Shown here piece by piece: positions 56,371 through 64,000 of a stretch of 64,000 nt of DNA. Numbering within the stretch: position 1 is the first letter of the stretch; each line of letters begins with the position of its first letter. Under the pieces are notes generated by a model, which saw only the letters and a list, made by a program, of their open reading frames with translations, was not told the DNA's origin and did no database searches. The translations under genes were made by a program, and so were the position numbers. This DNA is from Deltaproteobacteria bacterium (GTDB lineage Bacteria; Myxococcota; Myxococcia; SLRQ01), in the NCBI GenBank assembly GCA_029210625.1, contig JARGFU010000008.1:138661-202660 (forward strand). Direction: 5' to 3'.

Positions 56371-59300
56371 CGGCGCCGGCGGCCGATGAGCGAGAGCCCC
56401 AGCAGGGCGAGCAGCGCGGCGAGGGCCGGGGCGCCGGCCTCCCCGCTCGTGCCGCACTCCCAGCCGCCGGTGCTGCTCGAGAGCACCTCGATCTGCACCT
56501 TCGGGCTGTGAGCGAGGCCGGCGAGCCCGCTGTCGCGCAGGCGGAAGCGCACGTCCACCTCGCTGCTGGCCACGGCGCGGCCGGGCTGCAGGACGGCCTC
56601 GAGCTCGACGGTGACGGTGCTGCCGACCGGCATCCCTCCGACCTCGAAGGTGCCGTCCCCCCGATCGATGACCTCGGTGGCCGAGAGCACCCGCAGGCCC
56701 GCGGTGCGCGGCTCGAAGATCACCGCGTCGAGCGGCCCCGCGTAGGTGTTGGTCAGCTCGAGGCGCAGGGACACGACCTGCCCGGCCACACCCCGGCGGG
56801 TCGTGCTCTGGTGGACGAGGGCCAGGCCCCCGGACTCGAGGAAGGTCAGCGCGTTGCGCAGGATCGCCGAGCGGCCGTCCACCGTGGCGCGCACGTCGAA
56901 GGTCCCGGGCAGGGCGCTGCGCGCCTCGAAGGCGGCGGTCGCGTCGGCCGGGTCTCCCACCACGTCCTGGCTCACCACCAGCGCCGGCGCGAAGGCGATG
57001 GTGACCTCGGGGTCGGCGCTCTCCAGGGAGACCGGCCGGCTGTGGGCAGGGTTCCCGCACTCGTCGAGGGCCACCACCTCCAGGAGGGCGGGGCTCGCTC
57101 CGTCGGCAGGCACCGCCACGCTCGGCGCCACCAGGCCGATGGTCGCCGGATCGACGTCCTCACAGACGAAGCGGATCTGCGGGATGGTCGAGAGCAGCAC
57201 CCCGTCGACGGTGAGGCGCACCGAGACCGGGGTCGGGCTGCAGCGGTTCGAGCCGACCTCGATCCGGTAGATGGGCTCGCCCGAGGGGTTGACGCCCTCG
57301 CGCACCTGCCCGGCGATCAGGAAGGGCGGGTTCTCCTGCACGATGATGGTCCGCCCGGGGGGCAGCGCGTTTCCGGCGTTGTCCTGCGGGACGATCGTCA
57401 CCTCGGCGAAGATGCCCTGGCTCGCGCAGGCGCGGCCGGAGAGGGGTGAGGTCACCGGGGAGGCCGGATCCACGTCGGCCACGTTGCAGGCGAGGGCGAC
57501 GTTGAGGGTGGAGACCACGCTGCCGTCGACCAGCGCCTCGAGCCGCGTCGAGCTGCTGGAGCAGTCGGCGCCCTGGGTGGTGAGGGTGGTCTCGTAGCTG
57601 CCGTCGCCGTTGTCGGTCACCGAGCCGATCGTCCCGATGACGCTCGTGAAGGTCACCGTCTGGCCGCTGCCGAGCAGGTTGGCGCAGGTGTCCCTCGGCG
57701 AGAAGGTGAGGGTCGCGACGTCGAGCCCGGTCACCACCGTCGGGTGGGAGGAGAAGAAGGTCGAGGCGGCGGTGGAGGGCGCGCCGGCCGCGAGGTCGAC
57801 GGGCACGCTCAGGTTCGGCCAGCCGGCCGGGTCGGGGACGACGAGCAGCTCTCCGCTCCCCGGCGCGGAGGCGCTCAGGGTGAAGCGCACCGTGCCGTTC
57901 ACGAGGGTGCCCACCTGGGCGATGGCCGGCAGCGGCGTTCCCCCGGAGAGGGTGCTGCCGATGAGCTGGGTGCTCGCCGGCAGGTTGAGCAGGGTGGCGG
58001 TGATCCCGGCCGAGTCCTTGGCGGGATCGAGGATCTTCCTGCCGTCCGCGTCCTCGATCTGCACGTCGTAGGTCGCGCTGGTCGGGGGGCAGACCACCAC
58101 CGGCGGCGCCAGGGCCGGCGTGCCCAGCTGCACCGGATCGGGCGAGGGGATCGTGCCCCACCAGAGGTCGTCCAGCCCGGTGCTCCCGTCGTGACCGCCG
58201 AAGATCAGGATCCCGCCCCGGGAGGGGGCCGCGGCCATCGCGTGGCCCGCGCGAGCGGGGGGCGGCGTGCTCGGGGAGAAGAGGCTCCAGTCGGCCGCCT
58301 CGAAGACATGCGTCGGGCCGCGCACCGTCAGGGTGGGGAAGGTCGTCGCGCCGCCGAAGTGCACCGGCACGTAGCTCCACTCGTCGAGGGCCATCCCGCC
58401 GTCGAAGACACCCGGAGGCTCCAGGGTCGGCGACGCCCCGACCCAGGTGCCGGCGCCCGGATCGTAGCGCCAGGTCTCGGCGAGGTCCTGGGTGGCGTCC
58501 CGCCCACCGTGGAGGAGCACGCCCGCGGTGGGCAGCGAGGCCATGCTCGCCCCCTCCCTCGCCGGCGGGCTCGCGCCCGGCGAGAGCGGCGTCCAGGTCC
58601 CGGCTGCGGCGTCGCCCTCCCAGGTGTCGGCCAGCGGGCCGGCCGCGCCGAGGCCGCCGTGGAGGATCAGCCGCCCGCTCTGCCGCTCGTAGGCCATCGC
58701 GGCGCCGGAGCGGGCGGTCGGCCCCGTGCCGATGGCGATCTCGGTCCAGGTCATCGTCGCCGGGCTCCAGCGCCAGGTGTCGGCGAGCAGCGCGCCAGCC
58801 GCGTCGGCGCCGCCGTGGAGGACGATGGTCCCGTCGCTGCCCACGGTGCTGATGCTCGCGCGCCTGCGAGCCGGCGGCGCGCTGGCCCGCAGCGGCCGGT
58901 CGGACCAGGCCCAGGTCGTCGCGTCGAGGAGCCAGGTGCGGGCGAGGGGAAAGCCTCCCTGGGTGTCGCCCCCGAAGAGGAGGAAGCGGTCGTTGGTCGC
59001 GTCGTAGGCCATCGCCGCCTCGGTCCGGGCCAGGGGCCCCAAGGGACCCGGCGTCGGGAGCGCGTAGCCGATCGTGCCGCCCAGAGACCAGTCGAGGATC
59101 TCGCTGCTCCGCCCGGCTGCCGTGACCCCACCGAAGACCATGAGGGAGCCCACCACCGGATCCAGGGCCGCCCCGGCGGCGGCCCGGGCGGCGGGCAGCG
59201 GGGCGACCGCCCCCGAGGCCAGCACCCAGTCGCCCACCGAGAACTCCCAGTACCAGAGGTCGTCGAGGAGGCCGCCGCCGACCTCCCCACCGTAGAGCCA

Positions 59301-60086
59301 GGCGCCGGTGGCGTCGACGGCCATCACCGCGTCCTGGCGCGCGCCGGGGGAGGTGGCCGGCGTCACCTGGCGCCAGAGCCGGGTGGTGGGGCTGTAGGCC
59401 CACATCGCCGCGGACTCCGCCCCGCCGGCCTCGCCGCCGAAGACGAAGAGCTCGGCGCTGTTCGGCTCCCAGAAGCCCATGTGCCGACGCAGGGTGGGCG
59501 CCGCCGGGCTGGCGCCGTCGGGCGTGCTCTGGAGGAACTGCGTGCCGTTCCAGATCTGCACGTCGCCCAGCTCGATGGCGCCGTTGGTGCCGCCGTGGAC
59601 GACGATCGAGGAGGTCGACGGATCCCAGGCCATCACCTGCCCCTCGCGGGGCAGGGGCAGGGTGCCGGCGGTCACCGGCGACCAGGTTCGCGTCGTGGGA
59701 TCGAAGGTCCAGGGATCCCCCATCACGCCCAGCCCGTCGCGGCCCCCGAAGAGGAGGAAGTTCTCGCGCACGGGATCGTAGGTCATCCGCCCGAACGCCC
59801 GGGCGCGAGGCCAGGCCACGGCCTGGGTCGGCACCTGGTGGTACGCCTCCAGGACGGGATCCCACCACCACAGCTCGTTGCTGTAGCCGGAGGCGTCGAG
59901 CCCACCGTAGAGCAGCACCCGCTCCTCGACCGGATCCCAGGCCGCCGCGATCCCTTCGCGGCTGGAGGGGAGCTCCGGGGTGAGGGTCTGGAGCTGCCAC
60001 TCCACGCTCCCCACCGCCGCCAGGGCGCTCCCCCCGGGGACCGCCAGCAGAGACACCACGAGTGCGAAGAGACCAGCCCGACCCAT
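56367..60086 (-). CDS. Giant surface protein: signal peptide, ~12 Kelch-type beta-propeller repeats, Ig-like (Big) domains and a MYXO-CTERM-like sorting tail.
   Basis: The signal peptide is MGRAGLFALVVSLLAVPGGSALA. Kelch repeats recur (W.YDP..W, GG, R..H motifs). The C-terminus is GGWECGTSGEAGAPALAALLALLGLSLIGRRRR. The upstream 300 aa of the listed ORF is in-frame read-through over the aldH gene and was rejected. Confidence 0.8.
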   Translation of the reverse strand: MGRAGLFALVVSLLAVPGGSALAAVGSVEWQLQTLTPELPSSREGIAAAWDPVEERVLLYGGLDASGYSNELWWWDPVLEAYHQVPTQAVAWPRARAFGRMTYDPVRENFLLFGGRDGLGVMGDPWTFDPTTRTWSPVTAGTLPLPREGQVMAWDPSTSSIVVHGGTNGAIELGDVQIWNGTQFLQSTPDGASPAAPTLRRHMGFWEPNSAELFVFGGEAGGAESAAMWAYSPTTRLWRQVTPATSPGARQDAVMAVDATGAWLYGGEVGGGLLDDLWYWEFSVGDWVLASGAVAPLPAARAAAGAALDPVVGSLMVFGGVTAAGRSSEILDWSLGGTIGYALPTPGPLGPLARTEAAMAYDATNDRFLLFGGDTQGGFPLARTWLLDATTWAWSDRPLRASAPPARRRASISTVGSDGTIVLHGGADAAGALLADTWRWSPATMTWTEIAIGTGPTARSGAAMAYERQSGRLILHGGLGAAGPLADTWEGDAAAGTWTPLSPGASPPAREGASMASLPTAGVLLHGGRDATQDLAETWRYDPGAGTWVGASPTLEPPGVFDGGMALDEWSYVPVHFGGATTFPTLTVRGPTHVFEAADWSLFSPSTPPPARAGHAMAAAPSRGGILIFGGHDGSTGLDDLWWGTIPSPDPVQLGTPALAPPVVVCPPTSATYDVQIEDADGRKILDPAKDSAGITATLLNLPASTQLIGSTLSGGTPLPAIAQVGTLVNGTVRFTLSASAPGSGELLVVPDPAGWPNLSVPVDLAAGAPSTAASTFFSSHPTVVTGLDVATLTFSPRDTCANLLGSGQTVTFTSVIGTIGSVTDNGDGSYETTLTTQGADCSSSSTRLEALVDGSVVSTLNVALACNVADVDPASPVTSPLSGRACASQGIFAEVTIVPQDNAGNALPPGRTIIVQENPPFLIAGQVREGVNPSGEPIYRIEVGSNRCSPTPVSVRLTVDGVLLSTIPQIRFVCEDVDPATIGLVAPSVAVPADGASPALLEVVALDECGNPAHSRPVSLESADPEVTIAFAPALVVSQDVVGDPADATAAFEARSALPGTFDVRATVDGRSAILRNALTFLESGGLALVHQSTTRRGVAGQVVSLRLELTNTYAGPLDAVIFEPRTAGLRVLSATEVIDRGDGTFEVGGMPVGSTVTVELEAVLQPGRAVASSEVDVRFRLRDSGLAGLAHSPKVQIEVLSSSTGGWECGTSGEAGAPALAALLALLGLSLIGRRRR

Positions 60087-60133
60087 GAGGCGGATTTTAT
60101 CACCGCCTCGGAGGCGGGAGCGAATCGAAGGAC

Positions 60134-61558
60134 TCAGCCCCGCAGGACCAGGAGGCGCGGCTCGGTCATGGCCTCGATGGCGTAGCGCAGCCCCTCGCGG
60201 CCGAGCCCCGAGCCCTTCACGCCCCCGTAGGGCATCGGATCGATCCGGTAGGTGGGCACATCGTCGTGGATCACCGCCCCGACCTCCAGCTTCCGGTGGG
60301 CCTCCATCACCCTGCCGACGTCGCGGGTGAAGACGCCGGCCTGCAGTCCGAAGGGGGAGTCGTCCACCCGGGCGAGGGCCTCCTCCCAGTCCTCGTAGCG
60401 GTGGACCACCACCACCGGGCCGAAGACCTCCTCGCAGGAGAGGCGCGCCGAGGGGTCGACCCCGGTGAAGACCATCGGCGTGATCACCCTCCCCTCGCGC
60501 TCGCCTCCGCAGTGCCGCACGGCGCCGGCCGCCTCGGCGTCCCTCACCCACTCGAGGATCCGGTCGGCGTCGCGGTCGGCGCGCAGCGGACCCACCACGA
60601 CCTCGGGGTCGGAGGGGTCGCCGCACTTCAGCGCCTTCGTGCGTTCGACCAGCGCCTCGAGGAAGCGGTCGTGGACGGCGGCGTGGACGTAGATCCGCTG
60701 CACCGAGATGCAGACCTGGCCGGCGTGGGCGAAGGCGCCGAAGGCGCAGCGCTCGACGGCCTGCTCGAGGTCGGCGTCCTCGTGGACGATGACCGCGGCG
60801 TTGCCGCCGAGCTCCAGCAGCGCGGGCTTCTTCCCCGCCAGCCCCTTGAGCATCCAGCCCACCGTGGCGCTGCCGGTGAAGGAGAGCAGCCGCACCCGCT
60901 CGTCGGCGGTCAGCGGCGCCGCGTCCTTCACCTCGCAGGGGAGCACCGCCAGCGCGCCCGGCAGCACGCCGACCTCGGCGTAGATCTCGGCGAGGAGCCC
61001 CGCGCACAAGGGGGTCTCGTCGGCGGGCTTGAGCAGCACCGGGCAGCCGGCGGCGAGCGCCGGCGCGAGCTTGTGGGCGACGAGGTTGAGGGGGAAGTTG
61101 AAGGGGGTGATGGCCGTGACCGGCCCCACCGGGAAGCGGCGCACGATCCCCAGGCGGCCCTCGCCGGTGGGCACTGCGTCGAAGGGGAGGACCTCGCCGC
61201 CGATGCGGCGGGCCTCCTCGGCGGCGAAGGAGAAGGTGGTGAGGCAGCGGGCCACCTCGCCCTCGGCGAAGCGGCGGGGCTTGCCACCCTCGGCGACGAT
61301 CAGCTCGACGAAGCGCTCGCGCCGCGCGGCGATCCCCTGGCGGATCCCGTCGAGCCAGGCCGCCCGCTGGTGGGCCGGGGTCTCGCGCAGGGCCGGCGCC
61401 GCCGCCGCCGCCGAGGCGAGCGCCGCCTCGATCTGCTCGGGGCCGGCGAGGTGGACGCTGCCCACCTCGGAGCCGTCGAAGGGGCGGAGGACGCTCCGGC
61501 GGCCCACGCCCTCGTGGAAGGCGCCGGAGTGGAAGAGCTTCATCTCGATCGCGCTCAT
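60134..61558 (-). CDS. NAD(P)-dependent aldehyde dehydrogenase family protein.
   Basis: LELGGNA is the ELGG motif. The catalytic Cys is in GQVCISVQR. The NAD-binding segment is FTGSATVG. The product is 474 aa. Confidence 0.9.
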   Translation of the reverse strand: MSAIEMKLFHSGAFHEGVGRRSVLRPFDGSEVGSVHLAGPEQIEAALASAAAAAPALRETPAHQRAAWLDGIRQGIAARRERFVELIVAEGGKPRRFAEGEVARCLTTFSFAAEEARRIGGEVLPFDAVPTGEGRLGIVRRFPVGPVTAITPFNFPLNLVAHKLAPALAAGCPVLLKPADETPLCAGLLAEIYAEVGVLPGALAVLPCEVKDAAPLTADERVRLLSFTGSATVGWMLKGLAGKKPALLELGGNAAVIVHEDADLEQAVERCAFGAFAHAGQVCISVQRIYVHAAVHDRFLEALVERTKALKCGDPSDPEVVVGPLRADRDADRILEWVRDAEAAGAVRHCGGEREGRVITPMVFTGVDPSARLSCEEVFGPVVVVHRYEDWEEALARVDDSPFGLQAGVFTRDVGRVMEAHRKLEVGAVIHDDVPTYRIDPMPYGGVKGSGLGREGLRYAIEAMTEPRLLVLRG

Positions 61559-61667
61559 GCCCGCGTCTTATTCCCCCCTCCGGGGAGCGACAAGGCGTGA
61601 ACCAACGGGAAAGGGGCCCCCCGGACGAACCGGAAGACCCCTTTTCCTCTACTGCCTGACCGGGCGC

Positions 61668-61973
61668 TTACTTGGCCTTGGCCTTGTAGGTGCCGGTGGC
61701 CTCCTTGAAGGCCTTCGAGGCGCGGAAGGCGATCTTCTTGGAAGCCTTGATGCGGATCTTCTCACCGGTCTGGGGGTTGCGGCCCCAGCGCGCCGGACGA
61801 GCACGGACGGTGAAGATGCCGAGGCCCGGCACGTTCACCTTGTCCTTCTTGGAGTTCTTCGCGATGTAGGCGATGAGGTCGTCGAGGAGCGCGATGGCGT
61901 CCTTCTTGTTCACGGTCTCGATGCGCTTCTGCACGAGCGCGGCCCACTCCTTCTTGAACTGACCCTGAGTCAT
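61668..61973 (-). CDS. HU/IHF-family nucleoid-associated DNA-binding protein with a Lys-rich C-terminal extension.
   Basis: GLGIFTVRARPARWGRNPQTGEKIRIKASKKIAF is the HU arm signature. The C-terminus is TGTYKAKAK. A lower-GC promoter region lies upstream at 61974-62220. Confidence 0.9.
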   Translation of the reverse strand: MTQGQFKKEWAALVQKRIETVNKKDAIALLDDLIAYIAKNSKKDKVNVPGLGIFTVRARPARWGRNPQTGEKIRIKASKKIAFRASKAFKEATGTYKAKAK

Positions 61974-62220
61974 CTTTCACTTTCCCCGCTGATTGCGTTG
62001 AGGATGTGTATTTCAACTACCTTCCCGATCACTCACCAAGACCGATCGGGCGGCTGTTTTAGATCACAGCCGGATCAGCGCCACAAGTGCTTTCGGATAC
62101 TTTTTTTGCGGGCCATATCGATCGACCGGACGGAAGACCTTGAACCCGGCGATCGAGAGTGGTAGGCGCCCGCGCCCCATCTCTCTGAGCCCTGGATCGA
62201 GCGACCGAGAGCGCGGTCGA

Positions 62221-63159
62221 TCAGCCTTCCCCCTCGCCGGATCGATGATGGGCGAGCAGCGCCCGCGCGCTGCGTCGGAGCCCCTCCCGGCCCGCGCGGC
62301 GGAGCGCGCTCCCCTCGCTCGCCGAGGCGTATCCGGCCTCGTCGAGGTCCCGCCACGCCTCGAGTGATCGCCCCATGATCGCCGCGCGCGGCGCGAAGTC
62401 CTCGACGCTCGAGCGCGTCGCGTGTTTCTCGTTCCAGGGGCAGACGTCCTGGCAGGCGTCGCAGCCGAAGAGCCACTCGCCGGGCGCCTCGGCGAGCCAC
62501 GCGGGCCAGGGCTCGCGGTGCTCGATCGTGTGGAAGGAGAGGCAGCGGCGCGCGTCGATCACCCCCGGCGCGACGATGGCCGCGGTGGGGCAGGCGGGGA
62601 GGCAGTCCTCGCACCGGCCGCAGCGCTCGGGGTGCGGCGCGTCCGGCGGCAGCTCGAGGTCGGTGACGAGGGTGGCGAGGAAGACCCAGGAGCCGAAGGC
62701 GGTCGTGATGAGGTTGCCGTGCTTGCCGATCCAGCCGATCCCGGCGCGCTCGGCCCAGACCTTCTCGGCGATGGGCACCGCGTCGACCCCTCCCCAGAGC
62801 GCGATCCCCGGCACCGCCTCCGCGAGCGCCCGTCGCAGCCGCCGCAGGCGCCCTCCGAGCACCTTGTGGTAGTCGCGCCCCCAGGCGTAGCGGGAGATCC
62901 GGCCTCCGCCCGGCAGCTCGGTGGAGCCCGGCTGGTGGTAGTTCACCGCCAGCGCGATCACGCTGCGCGCCCCGGGCAGGAGCAGGCGCGGATCACAGCG
63001 CACGGCCTCGCTGCGAGCGAGCCAGTCCATGCTCGCGTGGTGGCCCGCGGCCAGCCACGCCCGCAGGGGCGCGGGATCCAGGGCCTCGGCCCGGGCGAAG
63101 CCGACGAGATCGAAGCCGGCCTCGTGGCAGAGCGCCCGGATCCGCTCCCGATCAGCCAT
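62221..63159 (-). CDS. queG: Epoxyqueuosine reductase QueG (tRNA Q34 maturation).
   Basis: HPERCGRCEDCLPACPT and CDACQDVCPWN are 4Fe-4S ferredoxin motifs. A cobalamin-binding core lies at GWIGKHGNLIT. The ATG start overlaps the upstream gene's stop by 8 nt. Confidence 0.85.
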   Translation of the reverse strand: MADRERIRALCHEAGFDLVGFARAEALDPAPLRAWLAAGHHASMDWLARSEAVRCDPRLLLPGARSVIALAVNYHQPGSTELPGGGRISRYAWGRDYHKVLGGRLRRLRRALAEAVPGIALWGGVDAVPIAEKVWAERAGIGWIGKHGNLITTAFGSWVFLATLVTDLELPPDAPHPERCGRCEDCLPACPTAAIVAPGVIDARRCLSFHTIEHREPWPAWLAEAPGEWLFGCDACQDVCPWNEKHATRSSVEDFAPRAAIMGRSLEAWRDLDEAGYASASEGSALRRAGREGLRRSARALLAHHRSGEGEG

Positions 63160-63538
63160 CCGCCCTGGGCGTCTCACCCTCCGACGGAGCCTCGGGCTTG
63201 GCCTCGGCAGCAGGAGCTTCAGCGGCCTTGGGTGCCGGCTTGGCCTTCGGCTCGGGCTTCGCCTTCGGCGGGGGCGGCGGCGGCGCCTCCTCGTGCGGCT
63301 CGAGGACGTAGTCGTCGATCTCTCCCGACGCCTTCATCAGCTCCAGCGCCCGCCGCAGCGCGGCCTCGGGATCCTTCGCGTTGATCTTGTAGCGGTGGAG
63401 GGCCGCCTTGCGGACACCGAGGTTCACGGTGGCCGTGGGGACCTCCTCCTGCGACAGGACGGCGACGCCGTAGTTCTTCGGGATGATGAGGTCGCAGCGG
63501 ACCTCGTGCTCCTTGCCCTGGATGATCGCCTTGGCCAT
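63152..63538 (-). CDS. Small protein with a globular N-terminal domain and a Pro/Ala/Lys-rich histone-H1-like C-terminal tail (hypothetical, possibly nucleoid-associated).
   Basis: The start is MAKAIIQGKEHEVRCDLIIPKNYGV. The tail is PPPPPPKAKPEPKAKPAPKAAEAPAAEAKPEAP. It shares an overlapping start/stop junction with queG and lies about 1.2 kb from the HU gene. Confidence 0.55.
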   Translation of the reverse strand: MAKAIIQGKEHEVRCDLIIPKNYGVAVLSQEEVPTATVNLGVRKAALHRYKINAKDPEAALRRALELMKASGEIDDYVLEPHEEAPPPPPPKAKPEPKAKPAPKAAEAPAAEAKPEAPSEGETPRADG

Positions 63539-63652
63539 GAGCCTCTTGCCTTCTCTAAGGTGGGGGGGGTGCCGGCAGGCGGCCGACGAGCGGTCGCACG
63601 ATAGCACGGCCGTTTTGATTCGCACTCCCCGTGCGCATAACCTTGCGGCGAA

Positions 63653-64000
63653 GTGAGCGAGGCCTCCAGAGCGTCGGCGAGGGTGAGCCGGGCGAGCGAC
63701 GTCGCCGGGGCGGCGGGGCTCGTCCTCGGCCTCCTCCTGGCGGCGGCCCCCGCCCGCGCGCAGTCCTCCGATCCGGTGGCCGAGCTCCAGGCCTGCTTCG
63801 ACGATCTGCGGGTCCCGCAGATCCTCGACGGCCGCCCGGTGGAGTCGCCGACCGTGGGCCCCTACTACGGGCTGCGCCTCATGGGCATGGGCGGCGCCTT
63901 CACCGCGGTGGCCGAGGGCATCGAGGCGGTGCCCTACACCCTCACCGCGCTCGCCAACCGGCGGCCCCACCAGGGAGGGTGGTTCGACTGGGACGCCACC
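63653..64000 (+). CDS. Secreted protein of unknown function; the 3' end is truncated by the window edge.
   Basis: The frame is open to the window end. GTG at 63653 (or GTG at 63683) gives the signal peptide AGAAGLVLGLLLAAAPARAQS. The frame is not in the supplied track because it has no stop inside the window. Confidence 0.4.
   Translation, partial: MSEASRASARVSRASDVAGAAGLVLGLLLAAAPARAQSSDPVAELQACFDDLRVPQILDGRPVESPTVGPYYGLRLMGMGGAFTAVAEGIEAVPYTLTALANRRPHQGGWFDWDAT

Noticed and set aside
57160-60185. 946-aa minus-strand and 813-aa plus-strand ORFs overlapping the Kelch gene.
   Set aside because: They are alternative frames of the same repeat-rich region. Only the frame ending in the MYXO-CTERM tail, with a signal peptide at 60086, has recognisable Kelch and Ig features.
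60087-61007. N-terminal 307 aa of the listed 1546-aa Kelch ORF.
   Set aside because: This part is an out-of-frame read-through across the aldehyde dehydrogenase gene. The real start is the signal peptide MGRAGLFALVV at 60086.
61600-61652. Hairpin GGAAAGGGGCC...GACCCCTTTTCC just past the 3' end of the HU gene.
   Set aside because: On the HU (minus) transcript the hairpin is not followed by a U-run. On the plus strand it is followed by Ts, but no plus-strand gene ends here. It is kept only as a possible weak structure, not called as a terminator.
1-64000. Searched the short intergenic regions for tRNA/tmRNA, CRISPR repeats, IS elements or integrases, and cobalamin riboswitches.
   Set aside because: No cloverleaf or T-arm motifs such as GGTTCGAATCC were seen, nor any regularly spaced direct repeats. 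No transposase or integrase-like ORF was found. No B12-box sits upstream of the cobalamin-dependent radical SAM gene, which is internal to an operon.

Overview
This is a 64 kb, roughly 70% GC, gene-dense chromosomal window that probably comes from a myxobacterium. The evidence for that is a MYXO-CTERM-type C-terminal sorting tail on a giant Kelch/Ig surface protein, Myxococcus-type Cys-rich-repeat and DGG-repeat lipoproteins, and many lipobox lipoproteins. Most long ORFs in the six-frame track are antisense or out-of-frame artefacts of the high GC content. I kept about 50 genes on the basis of recognisable domains, signal peptides and overlapping start/stop junctions between adjacent genes. 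No rRNA, tRNA, CRISPR array, transposase or integrase was seen. Housekeeping genes are scattered through the window: fbaA, sppA, gpmA, a DEAD-box helicase, HU, queG, an M20 peptidase, a LeuA-like DRE-TIM enzyme, an aldehyde dehydrogenase and a three-subunit xanthine-dehydrogenase-family molybdoenzyme. Lipid and natural-product genes stand out against that background. (1) At the 5' edge is a split, PUFA-synthase/heterocyst-glycolipid-like iterative type I PKS. Its first protein is ER-KS-AT-ACP-KR and is truncated by the window edge. The second is KS-AT-DH with a possible phosphopantetheinyl-transferase-like tail. (2) A free ACP is followed by two tandem paralogous alpha/beta hydrolases. (3) A GT1 UDP-glycosyltransferase overlaps the start of a fusion of a membrane domain, a zinc ribbon and a SAM methyltransferase. 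(4) A standalone radical SAM enzyme carries a SPASM/twitch-like Cys motif. (5) The strongest candidate for an undescribed system is a 7-gene operon with overlapping start/stop junctions at 41.2-49.2 kb. Its order is fatty acyl-AMP ligase, extended-SDR reductase, ACP, cobalamin-dependent class B radical SAM enzyme, acyl-CoA/ACP dehydrogenase, LhgO-like FAD oxidoreductase and E2-fold acyltransferase. Its FAAL/reductase/ACP/acyltransferase genes look like a broken-up version of the myxobacterial ElbD ether-lipid enzyme, with added radical and redox tailoring. Other notable items are two hybrid sensor kinases, one with a CXXCH heme-binding periplasmic domain and one with an SBP domain. There is also a beta-propeller fused to a di-heme cytochrome c peroxidase, a PilZ protein, and a nucleoid-protein pair of HU plus a protein with a histone-H1-like tail.
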